Origin: Acidimicrobiales bacterium | Lineage (GTDB): Bacteria > Actinomycetota > Acidimicrobiia > Acidimicrobiales > Acidimicrobilacustridaceae | Direction of reading: 5' to 3' | Assembly: GCA_036823295.1 (NCBI GenBank) | Contig: DAISGD010000005.1 | Span: 15,260 to 79,259 of the forward strand | DNA length: 64,000 bases | In this document: positions 45,227 through 55,205 of the stretch, piece by piece | How the letters are laid out: each line of letters starts with the position of its first letter | Numbering within the stretch: position 1 is the stretch's first letter | Position numbers and translations under genes: made by a program | The notes under the pieces: generated by a model | Told to the model about the DNA's origin: nothing | The model's input: only the letters and a program-made list of their open reading frames with translations | Database searches by the model: none

Positions 45227-46060
45227 GTGACGTACCCGCTTGCCCGCGACTCGCAGGTCGATGTTGCTCTTGATGTCGACAACGCGGTCATCGACTTACG
45301 CGTGCCGTACCCCCATCTCCTGCCCGATCCAGTCGACGGGCCCCGGGTCGGGATCACGACAGAGCCGACGGTCGAGGAGTCGCTGGAAGAAGAGATCCGG
45401 CGCCGGATCGCTGAAGCCATGGCCGCCTCGCCGACCCGGCCCCGACCGTTCTACGAGAGTGCCAAGCGTGCCCTCGACGTCGTGGTGGCGTCGGTCCTGC
45501 TCCTCGTCACCGGCCCCGTCATCGGGCTCCTCGCCCTCATCATCCGGCTTGAGTCGCGCGGTCCTGCCGTGTTCCGCCAGACCCGGGTGGGCCGGGATGG
45601 ACGGCTCATGTCCTTCTGCAAGTTCCGCACCATGTACACCGACGCGCGGGAGCGGTTCCCCGAGCTCTACGACTACCAGTTCACCGAGGAAGAGTTCGCC
45701 CGCTCGTACTACAAGCCCTCGGTCGACCCCCGCAACACGCCCTTCGGCCGGGCTTTCCGCAAGACCACCCTCGACGAGCTGCCCAACCTGTTCAACGTGC
45801 TCAAAGGCGACGTGAGCCTGGTCGGCCCCCGGCCCGAGCTCCCCGACTTGGTGCGGTACTACACCCCCGAACAGCTCCTGAAGTTCTCGGTGAAGTCGGG
45901 CATCACCGGGCTGGCGCAGGTGTCGGGCCGCAACAACCTCACCATCCAACAACAGATCGACGCCGACCTCGAGTACGTCCGCCGACGATCGTTCGCCTAC
46001 GACCTCGGCCTGATCCTGCGCACGGCCGTCATGGTCGGGAAGCGCGTCGGAGCCGAATGA
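45227..46060 (+). CDS. Polyprenyl-phosphate sugar-1-phosphate transferase (small 'bacterial sugar transferase' initiating enzyme)
   Basis: KRALDVVVASVLLLVTGPVIGLLALIIRLESRGPAVFRQTRVG...FCKFRTM...LDELPNLFNVLKGDVSLVGPRPE. About 70 residues extend the N-terminus. Confidence 0.85.
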   Translation: MTYPLARDSQVDVALDVDNAVIDLRVPYPHLLPDPVDGPRVGITTEPTVEESLEEEIRRRIAEAMAASPTRPRPFYESAKRALDVVVASVLLLVTGPVIGLLALIIRLESRGPAVFRQTRVGRDGRLMSFCKFRTMYTDARERFPELYDYQFTEEEFARSYYKPSVDPRNTPFGRAFRKTTLDELPNLFNVLKGDVSLVGPRPELPDLVRYYTPEQLLKFSVKSGITGLAQVSGRNNLTIQQQIDADLEYVRRRSFAYDLGLILRTAVMVGKRVGAE

Positions 46061-47034
46061 GCATCGCTCAGGTCCCCGACCTTTCCGTGCTGGTGGTCAC
46101 CTACGAATGCGCGGACTTCGTCGAAGCCTGTCTCGCCTCGGTGGTGGCCACGACCCGCGACCACCGGGTGGAGCTGGTGGTGGCGGACAACGACTCGAGC
46201 GACGACAGCGTCGGCGTGGTCCGGCGGACCCACCCCTCGGCCATCGTGGTCGAGATGGGGAGCAACACCGGCTTTGCCCGGGCGGTCAACGCGGCCATGG
46301 CCGCCTCCCGCGGACGTATCGTCTTGTTGCTCAACCCCGACACCGAGGTGCAGCCGGGGGCCATCGACGCCCTCATGGATGAGCTCGACGCTCACCCCGA
46401 GGTGGGCGTGGTGGCGCCGCTGCTCTTGAACCCGGACGGTACGGACCAGGGCACCGCCCGGTCCTTCCCCACGCCGGCCGCCGCGCTGTGGGGCCGCCGG
46501 TCCCCGCTCACCCGACTCTTCCCCCGGAATCGAGTGTCACGCCGGTACCTGATCGGTCGCGACCGACGCGGCGACGGGTCGTTCGCCGTCGACTGGGTGT
46601 CCGGCGCCTGCCTCATGGCCCGGCGGGAGACCGCGCTGGCGCTGGGCGGGCTGGACGAGGGGTTCTTCATGCACTTCGAGGACGCCGACTTCTGCCACCG
46701 GGTGAAGGACAGCGGTCGCTCAGTCATCTGCGTTCCCGCCGCCCAGGTGGTCCACGCCGAGGGCGGCTGCCGGCGGGGCTGGCCGGCGTCACAGGTCGGT
46801 CACTTCCACTACGGCGCCTACCGCTACTGGACCAAGCACCACGCGCCCCAGCCGTGGAACCCGTTGCGACTGGTGGCGGCCTTCGCCCTGGCGGCGCGGG
46901 CCGGGGGCGTGTTGGCCAGCAACAGGATGTCGCGGCGCCACGCGTCCGACTCCCGTCACACCGGCAACCCCCTTGGATCCCCCCGAATCGATGTCCGCCA
47001 CCCTGACCCGCTGACGAGAGCGATGGATTCATGA
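46057..47034 (+). CDS. Family-2 glycosyltransferase
   Basis: LSVLVVTYECADFVEACL, VVADNDSSDDS, and the FMHFEDADFCHRV motif of rhamnosyl-type GT2 enzymes. ATGA overlap at 46057. Confidence 0.85.
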   Translation: MSIAQVPDLSVLVVTYECADFVEACLASVVATTRDHRVELVVADNDSSDDSVGVVRRTHPSAIVVEMGSNTGFARAVNAAMAASRGRIVLLLNPDTEVQPGAIDALMDELDAHPEVGVVAPLLLNPDGTDQGTARSFPTPAAALWGRRSPLTRLFPRNRVSRRYLIGRDRRGDGSFAVDWVSGACLMARRETALALGGLDEGFFMHFEDADFCHRVKDSGRSVICVPAAQVVHAEGGCRRGWPASQVGHFHYGAYRYWTKHHAPQPWNPLRLVAAFALAARAGGVLASNRMSRRHASDSRHTGNPLGSPRIDVRHPDPLTRAMDS

Positions 47035-48470
47035 ACACACGAGATCTGGTCGGTCACGCCCGCCCCTACTGGAGGATCGCGGTGGTCGCCGTGTTGGGCG
47101 GCCTCATCGCCTATGTGGGCTCCTACGTCGTCAGTCCGACGTACGTCTCCTCGACGCGCCTCTTGATCCGCAGTCGCGAGTCCACGGTGCCCAGCAGCAC
47201 CGGCCAGAACCTGCAGGGCCAGCCGGTCATCGACAGCACGCTGACCAAGGCACTGGGCGAGACCCAGAGCGCCGTGGTGTCCAGTCCGGCGGTGGCTGTG
47301 GCCGTCGTCGACGCGCTTCATCTCGACCAGCCCAAGCCCCAGAGCCAGTCCATCGTGGCCAAGGCCAAGCGCGCCGTGGCCGGCACCTTCAAGCGGGGCA
47401 AGGCCTTCCTGACCCACGGCTTCTATGCCGAGCCCACCGACCGTGATGCCGCCATCCAGCGGGTCCAGGCCGGGCTCGCGGCCAAGGCCCTGAAGGACTC
47501 CTACGTGCTCGAGGTCAGTGGGTCGGCTGAGACCGCCCAGGGTGCGGTGGACGTGACCAACGCCGCCGCCGATGCCCTGGTCGCCATCAGCAGCGCCCGC
47601 TTCCAGGAGGAGGCAAACAAGAACCGGGACTTCCTGGCCGTGCAGCTGACCAAAACCCAGGGCGAGGTCGAGGCCGCCACCGCGGCCAAGAACGGGTACC
47701 AGAAAGCGAACGGGATCACCGACCCTACGGTGGCCCTTACCGTGAGCAGCGAGTCCCGGGCCCAGCTCGAGCAGGACCTGCGCGATGCCCAGACCAACGT
47801 GGCCGGCACCCAGGCGCAGCTCAATGAGGTGAACACTCGCCTGGCCGCCACCGACCCAACGGTGGCATCCAGCTCGGCGATCCAGACGGGCCGGAGCACC
47901 ACCGACATCAACACCACCCAGCAGAGCGCGGCCTATCAGGCCCTACTGGTGGATCGGAACCGCCTCGAGGGCGAACTCGCCGGGTACCAGGCCCGCCAGA
48001 CCTTTCTCAGCAACCAACTCTCGGGCTCGACCAATTCGGCGGACACCGATCAGCAGGCCGGTCTCGCTCCGCTGACGCAACGGCTGGAGGCGGCGCAGAA
48101 GAACTACCAGAGCGTCAGCACCGAGTATCAGAACGCGGTGCTGGCCGCGGACCAGAAGAGCGTGGAGGTCACCCGGATCGACGAGGCCCAGACGCCGACG
48201 TTCCCGGTGAAGCCGCTGCGCTACATCTATCTGTTCCTGGGGCTGCTGTGTGGGGCGTTGGCGGGATGGGGCCTCACCTGGCTGCATCGCCGCAAGAACC
48301 CGGTGCCCGTGGATGACGACGCCGAAGCCATCGACCTGACCGGGACCTTGCCGGTGTTCACCAACGGCTACGGGGCTGACGGGAGCGACGGCGAGTTGCT
48401 GCCCACTCCGGCGCGCACCCAGGTCGGCCGGTTCGAGATCTTCCGGCCGGAGCCGGCGGACGGGCCGTGA
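47031..48470 (+). CDS. Wzz/GumC-type polysaccharide chain-length determinant (no kinase domain)
   Basis: N-terminal TM plus the Wzz motif (YVVSPTYVSSTRLLI), a long coiled-coil-like Ala/Gln-rich periplasmic region, and a C-terminal TM (LRYIYLFLGLLCGALAGWGL). No Walker A tyrosine-kinase module. Confidence 0.75.
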   Translation: MNTRDLVGHARPYWRIAVVAVLGGLIAYVGSYVVSPTYVSSTRLLIRSRESTVPSSTGQNLQGQPVIDSTLTKALGETQSAVVSSPAVAVAVVDALHLDQPKPQSQSIVAKAKRAVAGTFKRGKAFLTHGFYAEPTDRDAAIQRVQAGLAAKALKDSYVLEVSGSAETAQGAVDVTNAAADALVAISSARFQEEANKNRDFLAVQLTKTQGEVEAATAAKNGYQKANGITDPTVALTVSSESRAQLEQDLRDAQTNVAGTQAQLNEVNTRLAATDPTVASSSAIQTGRSTTDINTTQQSAAYQALLVDRNRLEGELAGYQARQTFLSNQLSGSTNSADTDQQAGLAPLTQRLEAAQKNYQSVSTEYQNAVLAADQKSVEVTRIDEAQTPTFPVKPLRYIYLFLGLLCGALAGWGLTWLHRRKNPVPVDDDAEAIDLTGTLPVFTNGYGADGSDGELLPTPARTQVGRFEIFRPEPADGP

Positions 48471-49972
48471 CGAACCAGGGCCGCGCCGCGTCCCGCGGCC
48501 CGACCGCGACCGTCCCGGCCTCGGCCCCGGCTCCCAATGGACGATCGCGGGCAGTGATGGTCAGTACCGCGAGCCAACTCGGCGCCCGCGGCCTGCACTT
48601 GGCGCTCAACGTGGTCAGCACGCTGGCATTGATCCGCTACCTGGGACCGGACCGCTACGGCGACTTCGTGATGGTGGTGACGGTGGCCGCCATCGGCGGG
48701 TTGGTCAGCGACATGGGCCTCAACAAGCTGGGCGTCCGCGAGATCGCCCGTGACCCGTCAGCCGAGGGCGAGGTCCTCGGGAGTGTCCTGCTGGCCCGGC
48801 TGGGCCTGGGCCTGGCCGCCGTGGCCCTGACCCTGACGGCCATGGCCGTGCTCGGGGCGACCGCCCAGGTCATCACCGCCGCCGCCTTGATCTCGATGCT
48901 GTATTTCACCGAGGCCGCGTTGTCGGTGTTCATCGTCTTCCACGTCCGGATCCAACAGCAGTATGAGGCCTTTGTGCGGGTGGTGATCGAGGCCGTCGAG
49001 ACCACCCTGGTGTTGGTCCTCATCGCCCATCAGGCCTCCCTCGTGCAGTTGGTGTCCGCCCAGGTCATCGCCGCCACCATCGGTGTCGGCCTGGCGCTGG
49101 CCCTGGCCCGCCGTCGCCTGGGGTACCTCCCCGGGCTGCGCTGGTCACGGGCCGCCGGCCTGCTCCGCGAGGCGCTCCCGGTCGGACTGACCCTGCTCCT
49201 CGCCGCGGTGTACATCAAAATCCCCAGCGTCTTGCTGGTCCGGCTCCGCAGCTCCGGAGAAGCGGGGTTGTACGGGGCCGCCTACCAGCCGATCGAGTAC
49301 CTACTCCTGTCGGCGGCCGTGGTCATCAACGTGCTATTGCCGATGCTGGCCCATTCCCACCTGGGAGCGCCCGAGCGCTTCAGCCAGTTGTACCGGGGTG
49401 GCAGTGAAGCTCTGCTGGCCGGCACCATCCCGGTATCCCTGCTCATCGTCGTCGGGGGTCCGGTCCTCGTACGCACGGTCTTCGGCGCCGACTTCGCGGC
49501 CAGTGCGGCCCCCCTGCGGCTTCTGGGACTCGCCCTCATTCCGATGGTGCTCAGCTTCTGGCTGAGCGTCGTGCTGCTGTCGGGCGGCCACCAACGGATC
49601 ACGCTGGCCTATGACCTGTTGGCCTTCGTGGTCACCGTCGGTCTGTGCTTCGCCCTCATTCCTGGCTACGGCGCCACCGGGGCGGCCGTGGTCATCCTGG
49701 CCAGCAGCCTGCTGGTGGTGCTGTGCGCGCTGACGGCGGCCCGGACGCGCCTGGGGGTCTCCCTCCCGCTCGCCCGCATGCTGGCGATCCTGGCCACTGG
49801 CGCGATCGGCCTCATGGCCGCTCTGTGGCTGGTGTCGTTGGGTCTGCCGGTCGTCCCCGTGCTGGTCACCGTGCTCGGCGCCTACGGGGTGGCCCTGTGG
49901 CGGTTCGGGCTGTTGCCGTCGCCGGCCCTGTTCGACAACCACCCGCCCATCGTCGGGGCGGTGGCCGGATGA
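48467..49972 (+). CDS. Wzx-type oligosaccharide flippase (MOP superfamily)
   Basis: 501 aa with about 12-14 hydrophobic segments. Typical start LALNVVSTLALIRYLGPDRYGDF. Confidence 0.8.
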   Translation: MTNQGRAASRGPTATVPASAPAPNGRSRAVMVSTASQLGARGLHLALNVVSTLALIRYLGPDRYGDFVMVVTVAAIGGLVSDMGLNKLGVREIARDPSAEGEVLGSVLLARLGLGLAAVALTLTAMAVLGATAQVITAAALISMLYFTEAALSVFIVFHVRIQQQYEAFVRVVIEAVETTLVLVLIAHQASLVQLVSAQVIAATIGVGLALALARRRLGYLPGLRWSRAAGLLREALPVGLTLLLAAVYIKIPSVLLVRLRSSGEAGLYGAAYQPIEYLLLSAAVVINVLLPMLAHSHLGAPERFSQLYRGGSEALLAGTIPVSLLIVVGGPVLVRTVFGADFAASAAPLRLLGLALIPMVLSFWLSVVLLSGGHQRITLAYDLLAFVVTVGLCFALIPGYGATGAAVVILASSLLVVLCALTAARTRLGVSLPLARMLAILATGAIGLMAALWLVSLGLPVVPVLVTVLGAYGVALWRFGLLPSPALFDNHPPIVGAVAG

Positions 49973-50967
49973 ATCAGCTCCCCTTCGTCTCCGTCGTGAT
50001 TCCCACCTACAACCGCTGCGACGTGATGGAGACAACGCTCGCACACCTGCTGTCCCAGGACTATCCCAGCGACCGGTTCGAGATCATCGTGGGCGACAAC
50101 TCCACCGATGCCACGCCGGAGATGGTCGAGCAGGTGGCGGCGACGTCGAGGGCACCCGTCCACCTCCTCTGGAACGAGGAGCGGTTGCCGGCGGTGAAGC
50201 GCAATGCCGCGCTGCGCCTCGCCCAGGGCGACCTGGTGTTGTTCTTCAACGACGACGTGTGGGCCCACCCCCAGCTGCTGGCTGAGCACGCCAGGACCCA
50301 CGCCGAGGCCGAGGCGCCCATCGCCGTGCTCGGCCACGTCGAGCAGTCACCGGCCATGCCCCAGACCCCGTTCACCGAGTGGTACCAGCCCTTCGCCTAC
50401 GACGAGATCGCCGACCGAGCCGGTGAGCCCCTGCCGTACCGCTACTCGTGGTCGATGAACCTCTCGTTCCCGCGGCGGGAGATGGTCGAGCGCGACCTCG
50501 TCTTCCACGAGGACTGGGCCAACATCGGTCACGAGGATGTCGAGCTCGGATATCGGTGGGTGTCGGCGGGGCGCTCGCTCGTGTACAACCCGGCCGCTCG
50601 GGCCGAGCACTACCACCCGCACGGATTGACCAGCGCGTGCCGGGTGCAGGAGTCGATCGGTCGTGGCGTGCGCGATCTCGAGGTGCTGGTGGACGACCCG
50701 GGCCTCCTCGAGCGCTATGGCGTGTTCAGTTGGCGCAACGGCACGCGGGCGGTCGTCCGGGGCGTCGCCCGCCGCGGTCTCTTCAACGCCGTCACGGTGC
50801 CGCCGCTGCAATCGTGGCTCGAGTCCCGGACCCGAAATACCGCCCTCACCGAGTGGCTCTATTGGAAGGTGCTGCTCCACCACACCAACCGCGGCTACCG
50901 CAACCAGCCCCCCCGCCACCCGCAGCCCCTCACCGTCCTGCCGGCGCGGTCTGAGGTGCCGTCATGA
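49969..50967 (+). CDS. Family-2 glycosyltransferase
   Basis: ORF 49645-50967 trimmed to the ATG at 49969 (MNQLPFVSVVIPTYNRCDVM), overlapping the flippase stop (ATGA). DxD-like FNDDV. Confidence 0.85.
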   Translation: MNQLPFVSVVIPTYNRCDVMETTLAHLLSQDYPSDRFEIIVGDNSTDATPEMVEQVAATSRAPVHLLWNEERLPAVKRNAALRLAQGDLVLFFNDDVWAHPQLLAEHARTHAEAEAPIAVLGHVEQSPAMPQTPFTEWYQPFAYDEIADRAGEPLPYRYSWSMNLSFPRREMVERDLVFHEDWANIGHEDVELGYRWVSAGRSLVYNPAARAEHYHPHGLTSACRVQESIGRGVRDLEVLVDDPGLLERYGVFSWRNGTRAVVRGVARRGLFNAVTVPPLQSWLESRTRNTALTEWLYWKVLLHHTNRGYRNQPPRHPQPLTVLPARSEVPS

Positions 50968-53900
50968 CCGCCGTGGCGCCGCCGGTCGGCCGTCGCGGGG
51001 TCGCCCACGGGCTCGTGCTGGCGGGCGCCGGCGCGCTGGCCGGGGTGGTTGCCGTCGTGGCCGGCCAGCACGGCATGATCGGCCTTGTCGCGGTGGCCGT
51101 GGTCGCGGTGGCCGTGGTGGCCGCGGTGGTGGGGCGGGCCCATCTCCGCCCGCTGAGGCCCGGCGCCCTGCTCGGCGCCGGTTCGCGCCCGGCCCCCGGC
51201 CATCCCGCCCCGGTGGCACCCGATCGCCTGCTCTCGGCGCTGTTGCTCGCCCTGGCCATCATGGCCGCCGGCACCCTCGCCGTGGCCGCCGCCATGCTCG
51301 GCGTGAAGGGGGCGATGTTGCTGGTGGCGCTGCTGGCCGGCGCCACGATCTGCTTCCTGTATCGGGCCGAGATCGGCCTCGTGGTGTTCGGGCACGGCAA
51401 GCACCGGGGCACGCCGTTGTGGGCCCAGTCGCCGCTGTTCGAGCCGGTGCGCAAGCTGCATCCGCCCGAGTCGCTGTCAGCCCCGCTGGCGGTGATGGTG
51501 GCCGTCGCCGCCGTCGCCGGCGCCGGGGTTCTGGCTTGGTTGGGGGCGTCGCTGGGGATGAAGGGGCCGATCCTGCTGATCGGGCTCGTGGCCGTGGTGG
51601 CCTTCCTGGTCTTCGTCCGACCGAGGGCCGACGCCCTGCTGTTCATCCTGCCGTGCTCGCTGGTGCTGTTCCTCCACAAATCCTTCACCCCCCTCCATCT
51701 GGTCAACAGCGGCGCGCCGGCCATCTACATCACCTCGGTCGGTGTGCTGCTGATCGTGTTGTACGGCGTGTGGGCTGCGGAGGGCACCATGCGCGCCGAC
51801 CTGCGGGTCGCCTTCCGCCGCCCCATCCTGTGGATCCCTCTGGTCGGCGCGGTGGTGCTACTGCCGAGCATCCTGGCCGCCACCGACGTGACCCTGAGCA
51901 TGGCCGAGCTTGTGCGCATGGCGTGGATGTACCTGCTGTATGTCTACGTGGCCGTACGGGTCCGTCGTCACACCCAGGTGCTCCTGTTGTTGACCGGCCT
52001 CGGCATCTTCGCCGTCGTCGAGTTCGTGGTGGTGGTCCTGCAGTGGAAGACCGGCGGGGTGCTCGGCCTCTCCTTCCTGGGGGTCCCGACCGAGCTGGGC
52101 GAGCGGGTGATCAATGACGGCAGTCTCGGGCGACCCTTCGGCACCATCGTCCACCCGGTCTTCATGGGAGCGACCATGGGCGCGCTGGGTTTGCTGTTCC
52201 TCGGGGTGGGATTGAGCGTCCGGGAGCTGCGGCTCAAGCTGGCGTCCCTCGCCCTGGTGCCGGTCTGCCTCATCCCGCTGTTCCTGGCCCACACCCGCGC
52301 CGCGGCCATCGCCTTCCTCCCGGTGGCCTTGGCGGTGGTGGTCACCAGTGCCGTGCAGGGGCGGATCAGCACCCGCTCGCTCAAGCAGATGGCATTGGTG
52401 GGGCTCGTGGCCGCGGCGGTGCTGTACCCGGTGCTGTCCAAGCAGTTCTCGGAGAACTTTTCGAGCGACCATTTCTCGGTCGAGGTCGAGTCCCGAGTCC
52501 AGCTCAACGACCTGGCCCTGAACGTGATCGCCGACCATCCCGAGACCGGCGTAGGGCTCAACAACTTCCAGGCGGTGCAGGACCGCTACGACAACTACGG
52601 CCTGCTCTTCGCCGGGAACCCGGTGCACAACCTGTACCTGCTCCAGACGGCCGAGACCGGCTACTTGGGACTGGCCGGCCTGTTGCTGGTCGGCGCGGGG
52701 CTGCTGCTCACCAGCTGGCGCCTGGCCCGCAGCCGGGATCCACTGCTGGGCGGGCTCGGCACCGGCGTCACCGCGGTGGTGGTGTTCTTCGCCATCGAGG
52801 AACTGCTCGGCTTCTCACTGCGCCAGGAGATCCCACTCGCCCTGTGGTGGTTGCTGGCCGGGATGGCCGTAGCCGGCACGGCGATGACCGCCGAGCGCAT
52901 CCCGCCCCGACCGCCGGCCTCCCTGCGGGTCCCGCGCCCGGGTGGGGGCAGCGGCCGCGACCGGATGCTCGTGGGGGCCGGGTCGAATGGGCACGGGTCG
53001 AATGGACAGAGCTCGAACGGGCACAGGCGCAGCGGGGCGCGCTGGCGTCTGCCCCGAACGTCACGGCGTCGCCTGGGGAGGATCGGGGCGGCCATGCTCG
53101 TCGCCTGCGTCTTGAGCCCGTGGCCGACCAGCGCCGGTGCCGGGGCCAACCCTCTCGCCGCAGTCCGCATCGTCTTCGCCGCCACCGACGAAACGGTCGG
53201 GGGCAACCAGGGGGTCTTCGTGGCCAACGGGGACGGCTCGGGAATCACCCGGGTCACCCCGAACGACGGGCTGTTCTACGACTTCCCGTCGTGGGCCATG
53301 GGCGGCACCAAGATCGTGTTCTCCAAGCGTGACGGGGGGCCGGGTACGCCGGAGAACATCTACCTGATGAACGCCGACGGTTCGGGGGTGCAGGCGCTCA
53401 CCCGCAGCCCGTGGCGCAACCATCAGCCCAAGGTGTCGGCGGATGGCCGGCGGGTCATCTTCTCCGGGTTCGTCCCCGGGACCCGGTTGGTGGCCATCTA
53501 CCAGATCGACCTTGACACGCTCCTGGTTCGCAACCTCTCGGCTGTCCATTCCCACTCGGTGATGGCCGACGCCGACCCCAAGTACACCGCCGATGGTCGC
53601 TCCATCGCCTTCGCCCGCAGCCGCGACGACCAAGGCGACGCCAAGACCCAGGTGTACCTGATGAACGCTGACGGCACGGGCCGCTACCGGGTCACCAACG
53701 ACGGCTGGTACGACGTCGATCCGGAGGTGTCTCCGGACAGCCGCTCCGTGGCCTTCTCGAGCTACCGCGGTCCGGGGACCCCTCAGCAGGAAGGGCGGGA
53801 GTTCGATGCCAAGTCGCAGGACTTCTACCTCGGGGTTCGGGACCTGGCCACCGGCACGGAGCAAACCCTGACCGGCGGGGAGAACTGCGCCGCCCGAGAC

Positions 53901-55205
53901 CCGAACCACCCCTGCCTTCCCAGTGAGGGCTCGGCCTATGTCCCGGTGTGGAGCCCTGACGGCGGCCAGCTCGGCTACATCACCGCCCTCGACTCCAATC
54001 GCACCTGCCTTTGCGTGATGGCCCGCAACGGATCGAATGCCCATGCCGTCATCGCCCGGCCCGGCCTCTCGATGACCTGGTTCGACTGGGTCATTCCGGG
54101 CCAGGCCCCGGACACGGCCGTCACCGACATCGGCGGGGCCAAGCCGGCTGACCGGATGCTGGTGGCCGGCACGCAGACCGCGTCGGAGAGCGACCCGGCG
54201 TCGCGACCCATCCTCGAGGTCACCACCCGTGATCTGTGGGACCGCACCGAAGTGCCGATCCCGGGAGGACTGAACCCCCGCTTCGCCCGATGGAACGCGG
54301 ATCGCTCGACGGTCGTGTTCAGCTCGGTGGTCCCGGGCGACGTGCCCCGCCCCGAGGCGCCGCCGGTCCCTCCCGCCGGGCAGCGGCGTCACGAGCACTT
54401 CACCCTGGCTGACCTCGATGCCGTGTTCCACCCGCCGGTGGTCCGGCCCGAGGTGGCCCGCGAGCAGGTGTTCGTGTCGGGCGCCCAGGGGGTCTTCCCG
54501 CTCACGAACCCCGGCACCGAGGACTGGCACGACGGCATCGTGGCCGGCGACCTTCGGGGCAACACCGAGCCGGACATCTCACCCGACGGCCGCTATGTGG
54601 TGACCACCAACGTCTCGTCGGTCACCAACGAGTCGTTCCTGCTGCGCATCGACCTGGTCACTGGTGAGCGGTTCAACCTCACCAACGCCACGTCGGGGGC
54701 GATGCCGGTCGACGACGCCCAACCCCGCTTCTCACCCGATGGCCAGTCCCTCGCCTTCACCTCGAGTTTCGAGGGTCACGCCGGCGTGTACGTCATGGAT
54801 GCCGCGACCGGCTTGGGGGTGCGCTCGCTCACCGAGGACGACTTCTTCAACACTGCGCCGGCGTGGTCACCCGACGGCCGCTCCATCGTCTACGCCAGCT
54901 ACCGCGGCGACACCCTGAAGCTGCTCCAGTCCCTGGCGCTCCCGGCCGAGGCGGGGACCATCCCCCTCGGCGACTGGTACCTGGTCAGGGTCGATGTGGC
55001 CACCGGTGCCGAGCAGGTGATCACCGCGGCTGCCGCCTCGCCGACGCTGGCCCCGGCCTGGTCACCCGACGGCAGCGAGATCGCCTACATCTCGACCACC
55101 GACGGGTTCCAGCCCGACGTCTACGTGGTGTCCGCCACGGGCGGCGCCTCCCGGCCCCTGCAGATCACGGGACTGACCCAAGAACACTCGGTGGATTGGA
55201 AATGA
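50964..55205 (+). CDS. Fusion protein: Wzy/O-antigen-ligase-like polytopic membrane domain + long TolB-like PD40 beta-propeller region
   Basis: Single 1413-aa frame with no stop. Residues 1 to about 640 are polytopic membrane, with O-antigen ligase/polymerase features (LAHTRAAAIAF, GNPVHNLYLLQTAETGYLGLAG). A Pro/Arg/Gly linker carries GSNGH repeats and a signal-peptide-like RRRLGRIGAAMLVACVLSPWPTSAGA. At least ten PD40-type repeats follow: SADGRRVIFSG, TADGRSIAFAR, SPDSRSVAFSS, SPDGGQLGYI, NADRSTVVFSS, SPDGRYVVTT, SPDGQSLAFTS, SPDGRSIVYAS, SPDGSEIAYIS. Confidence 0.8.
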   Translation: MTAVAPPVGRRGVAHGLVLAGAGALAGVVAVVAGQHGMIGLVAVAVVAVAVVAAVVGRAHLRPLRPGALLGAGSRPAPGHPAPVAPDRLLSALLLALAIMAAGTLAVAAAMLGVKGAMLLVALLAGATICFLYRAEIGLVVFGHGKHRGTPLWAQSPLFEPVRKLHPPESLSAPLAVMVAVAAVAGAGVLAWLGASLGMKGPILLIGLVAVVAFLVFVRPRADALLFILPCSLVLFLHKSFTPLHLVNSGAPAIYITSVGVLLIVLYGVWAAEGTMRADLRVAFRRPILWIPLVGAVVLLPSILAATDVTLSMAELVRMAWMYLLYVYVAVRVRRHTQVLLLLTGLGIFAVVEFVVVVLQWKTGGVLGLSFLGVPTELGERVINDGSLGRPFGTIVHPVFMGATMGALGLLFLGVGLSVRELRLKLASLALVPVCLIPLFLAHTRAAAIAFLPVALAVVVTSAVQGRISTRSLKQMALVGLVAAAVLYPVLSKQFSENFSSDHFSVEVESRVQLNDLALNVIADHPETGVGLNNFQAVQDRYDNYGLLFAGNPVHNLYLLQTAETGYLGLAGLLLVGAGLLLTSWRLARSRDPLLGGLGTGVTAVVVFFAIEELLGFSLRQEIPLALWWLLAGMAVAGTAMTAERIPPRPPASLRVPRPGGGSGRDRMLVGAGSNGHGSNGQSSNGHRRSGARWRLPRTSRRRLGRIGAAMLVACVLSPWPTSAGAGANPLAAVRIVFAATDETVGGNQGVFVANGDGSGITRVTPNDGLFYDFPSWAMGGTKIVFSKRDGGPGTPENIYLMNADGSGVQALTRSPWRNHQPKVSADGRRVIFSGFVPGTRLVAIYQIDLDTLLVRNLSAVHSHSVMADADPKYTADGRSIAFARSRDDQGDAKTQVYLMNADGTGRYRVTNDGWYDVDPEVSPDSRSVAFSSYRGPGTPQQEGREFDAKSQDFYLGVRDLATGTEQTLTGGENCAARDPNHPCLPSEGSAYVPVWSPDGGQLGYITALDSNRTCLCVMARNGSNAHAVIARPGLSMTWFDWVIPGQAPDTAVTDIGGAKPADRMLVAGTQTASESDPASRPILEVTTRDLWDRTEVPIPGGLNPRFARWNADRSTVVFSSVVPGDVPRPEAPPVPPAGQRRHEHFTLADLDAVFHPPVVRPEVAREQVFVSGAQGVFPLTNPGTEDWHDGIVAGDLRGNTEPDISPDGRYVVTTNVSSVTNESFLLRIDLVTGERFNLTNATSGAMPVDDAQPRFSPDGQSLAFTSSFEGHAGVYVMDAATGLGVRSLTEDDFFNTAPAWSPDGRSIVYASYRGDTLKLLQSLALPAEAGTIPLGDWYLVRVDVATGAEQVITAAAASPTLAPAWSPDGSEIAYISTTDGFQPDVYVVSATGGASRPLQITGLTQEHSVDWK
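52980..53024 (+). repeat. In-frame 15-nt triple repeat (GSNGH/GSNGQ/SSNGH) in the fusion linker
   Basis: gggtcgaatgggcac / gggtcgaatggacag / agctcgaacgggcac. Confidence 0.85.
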
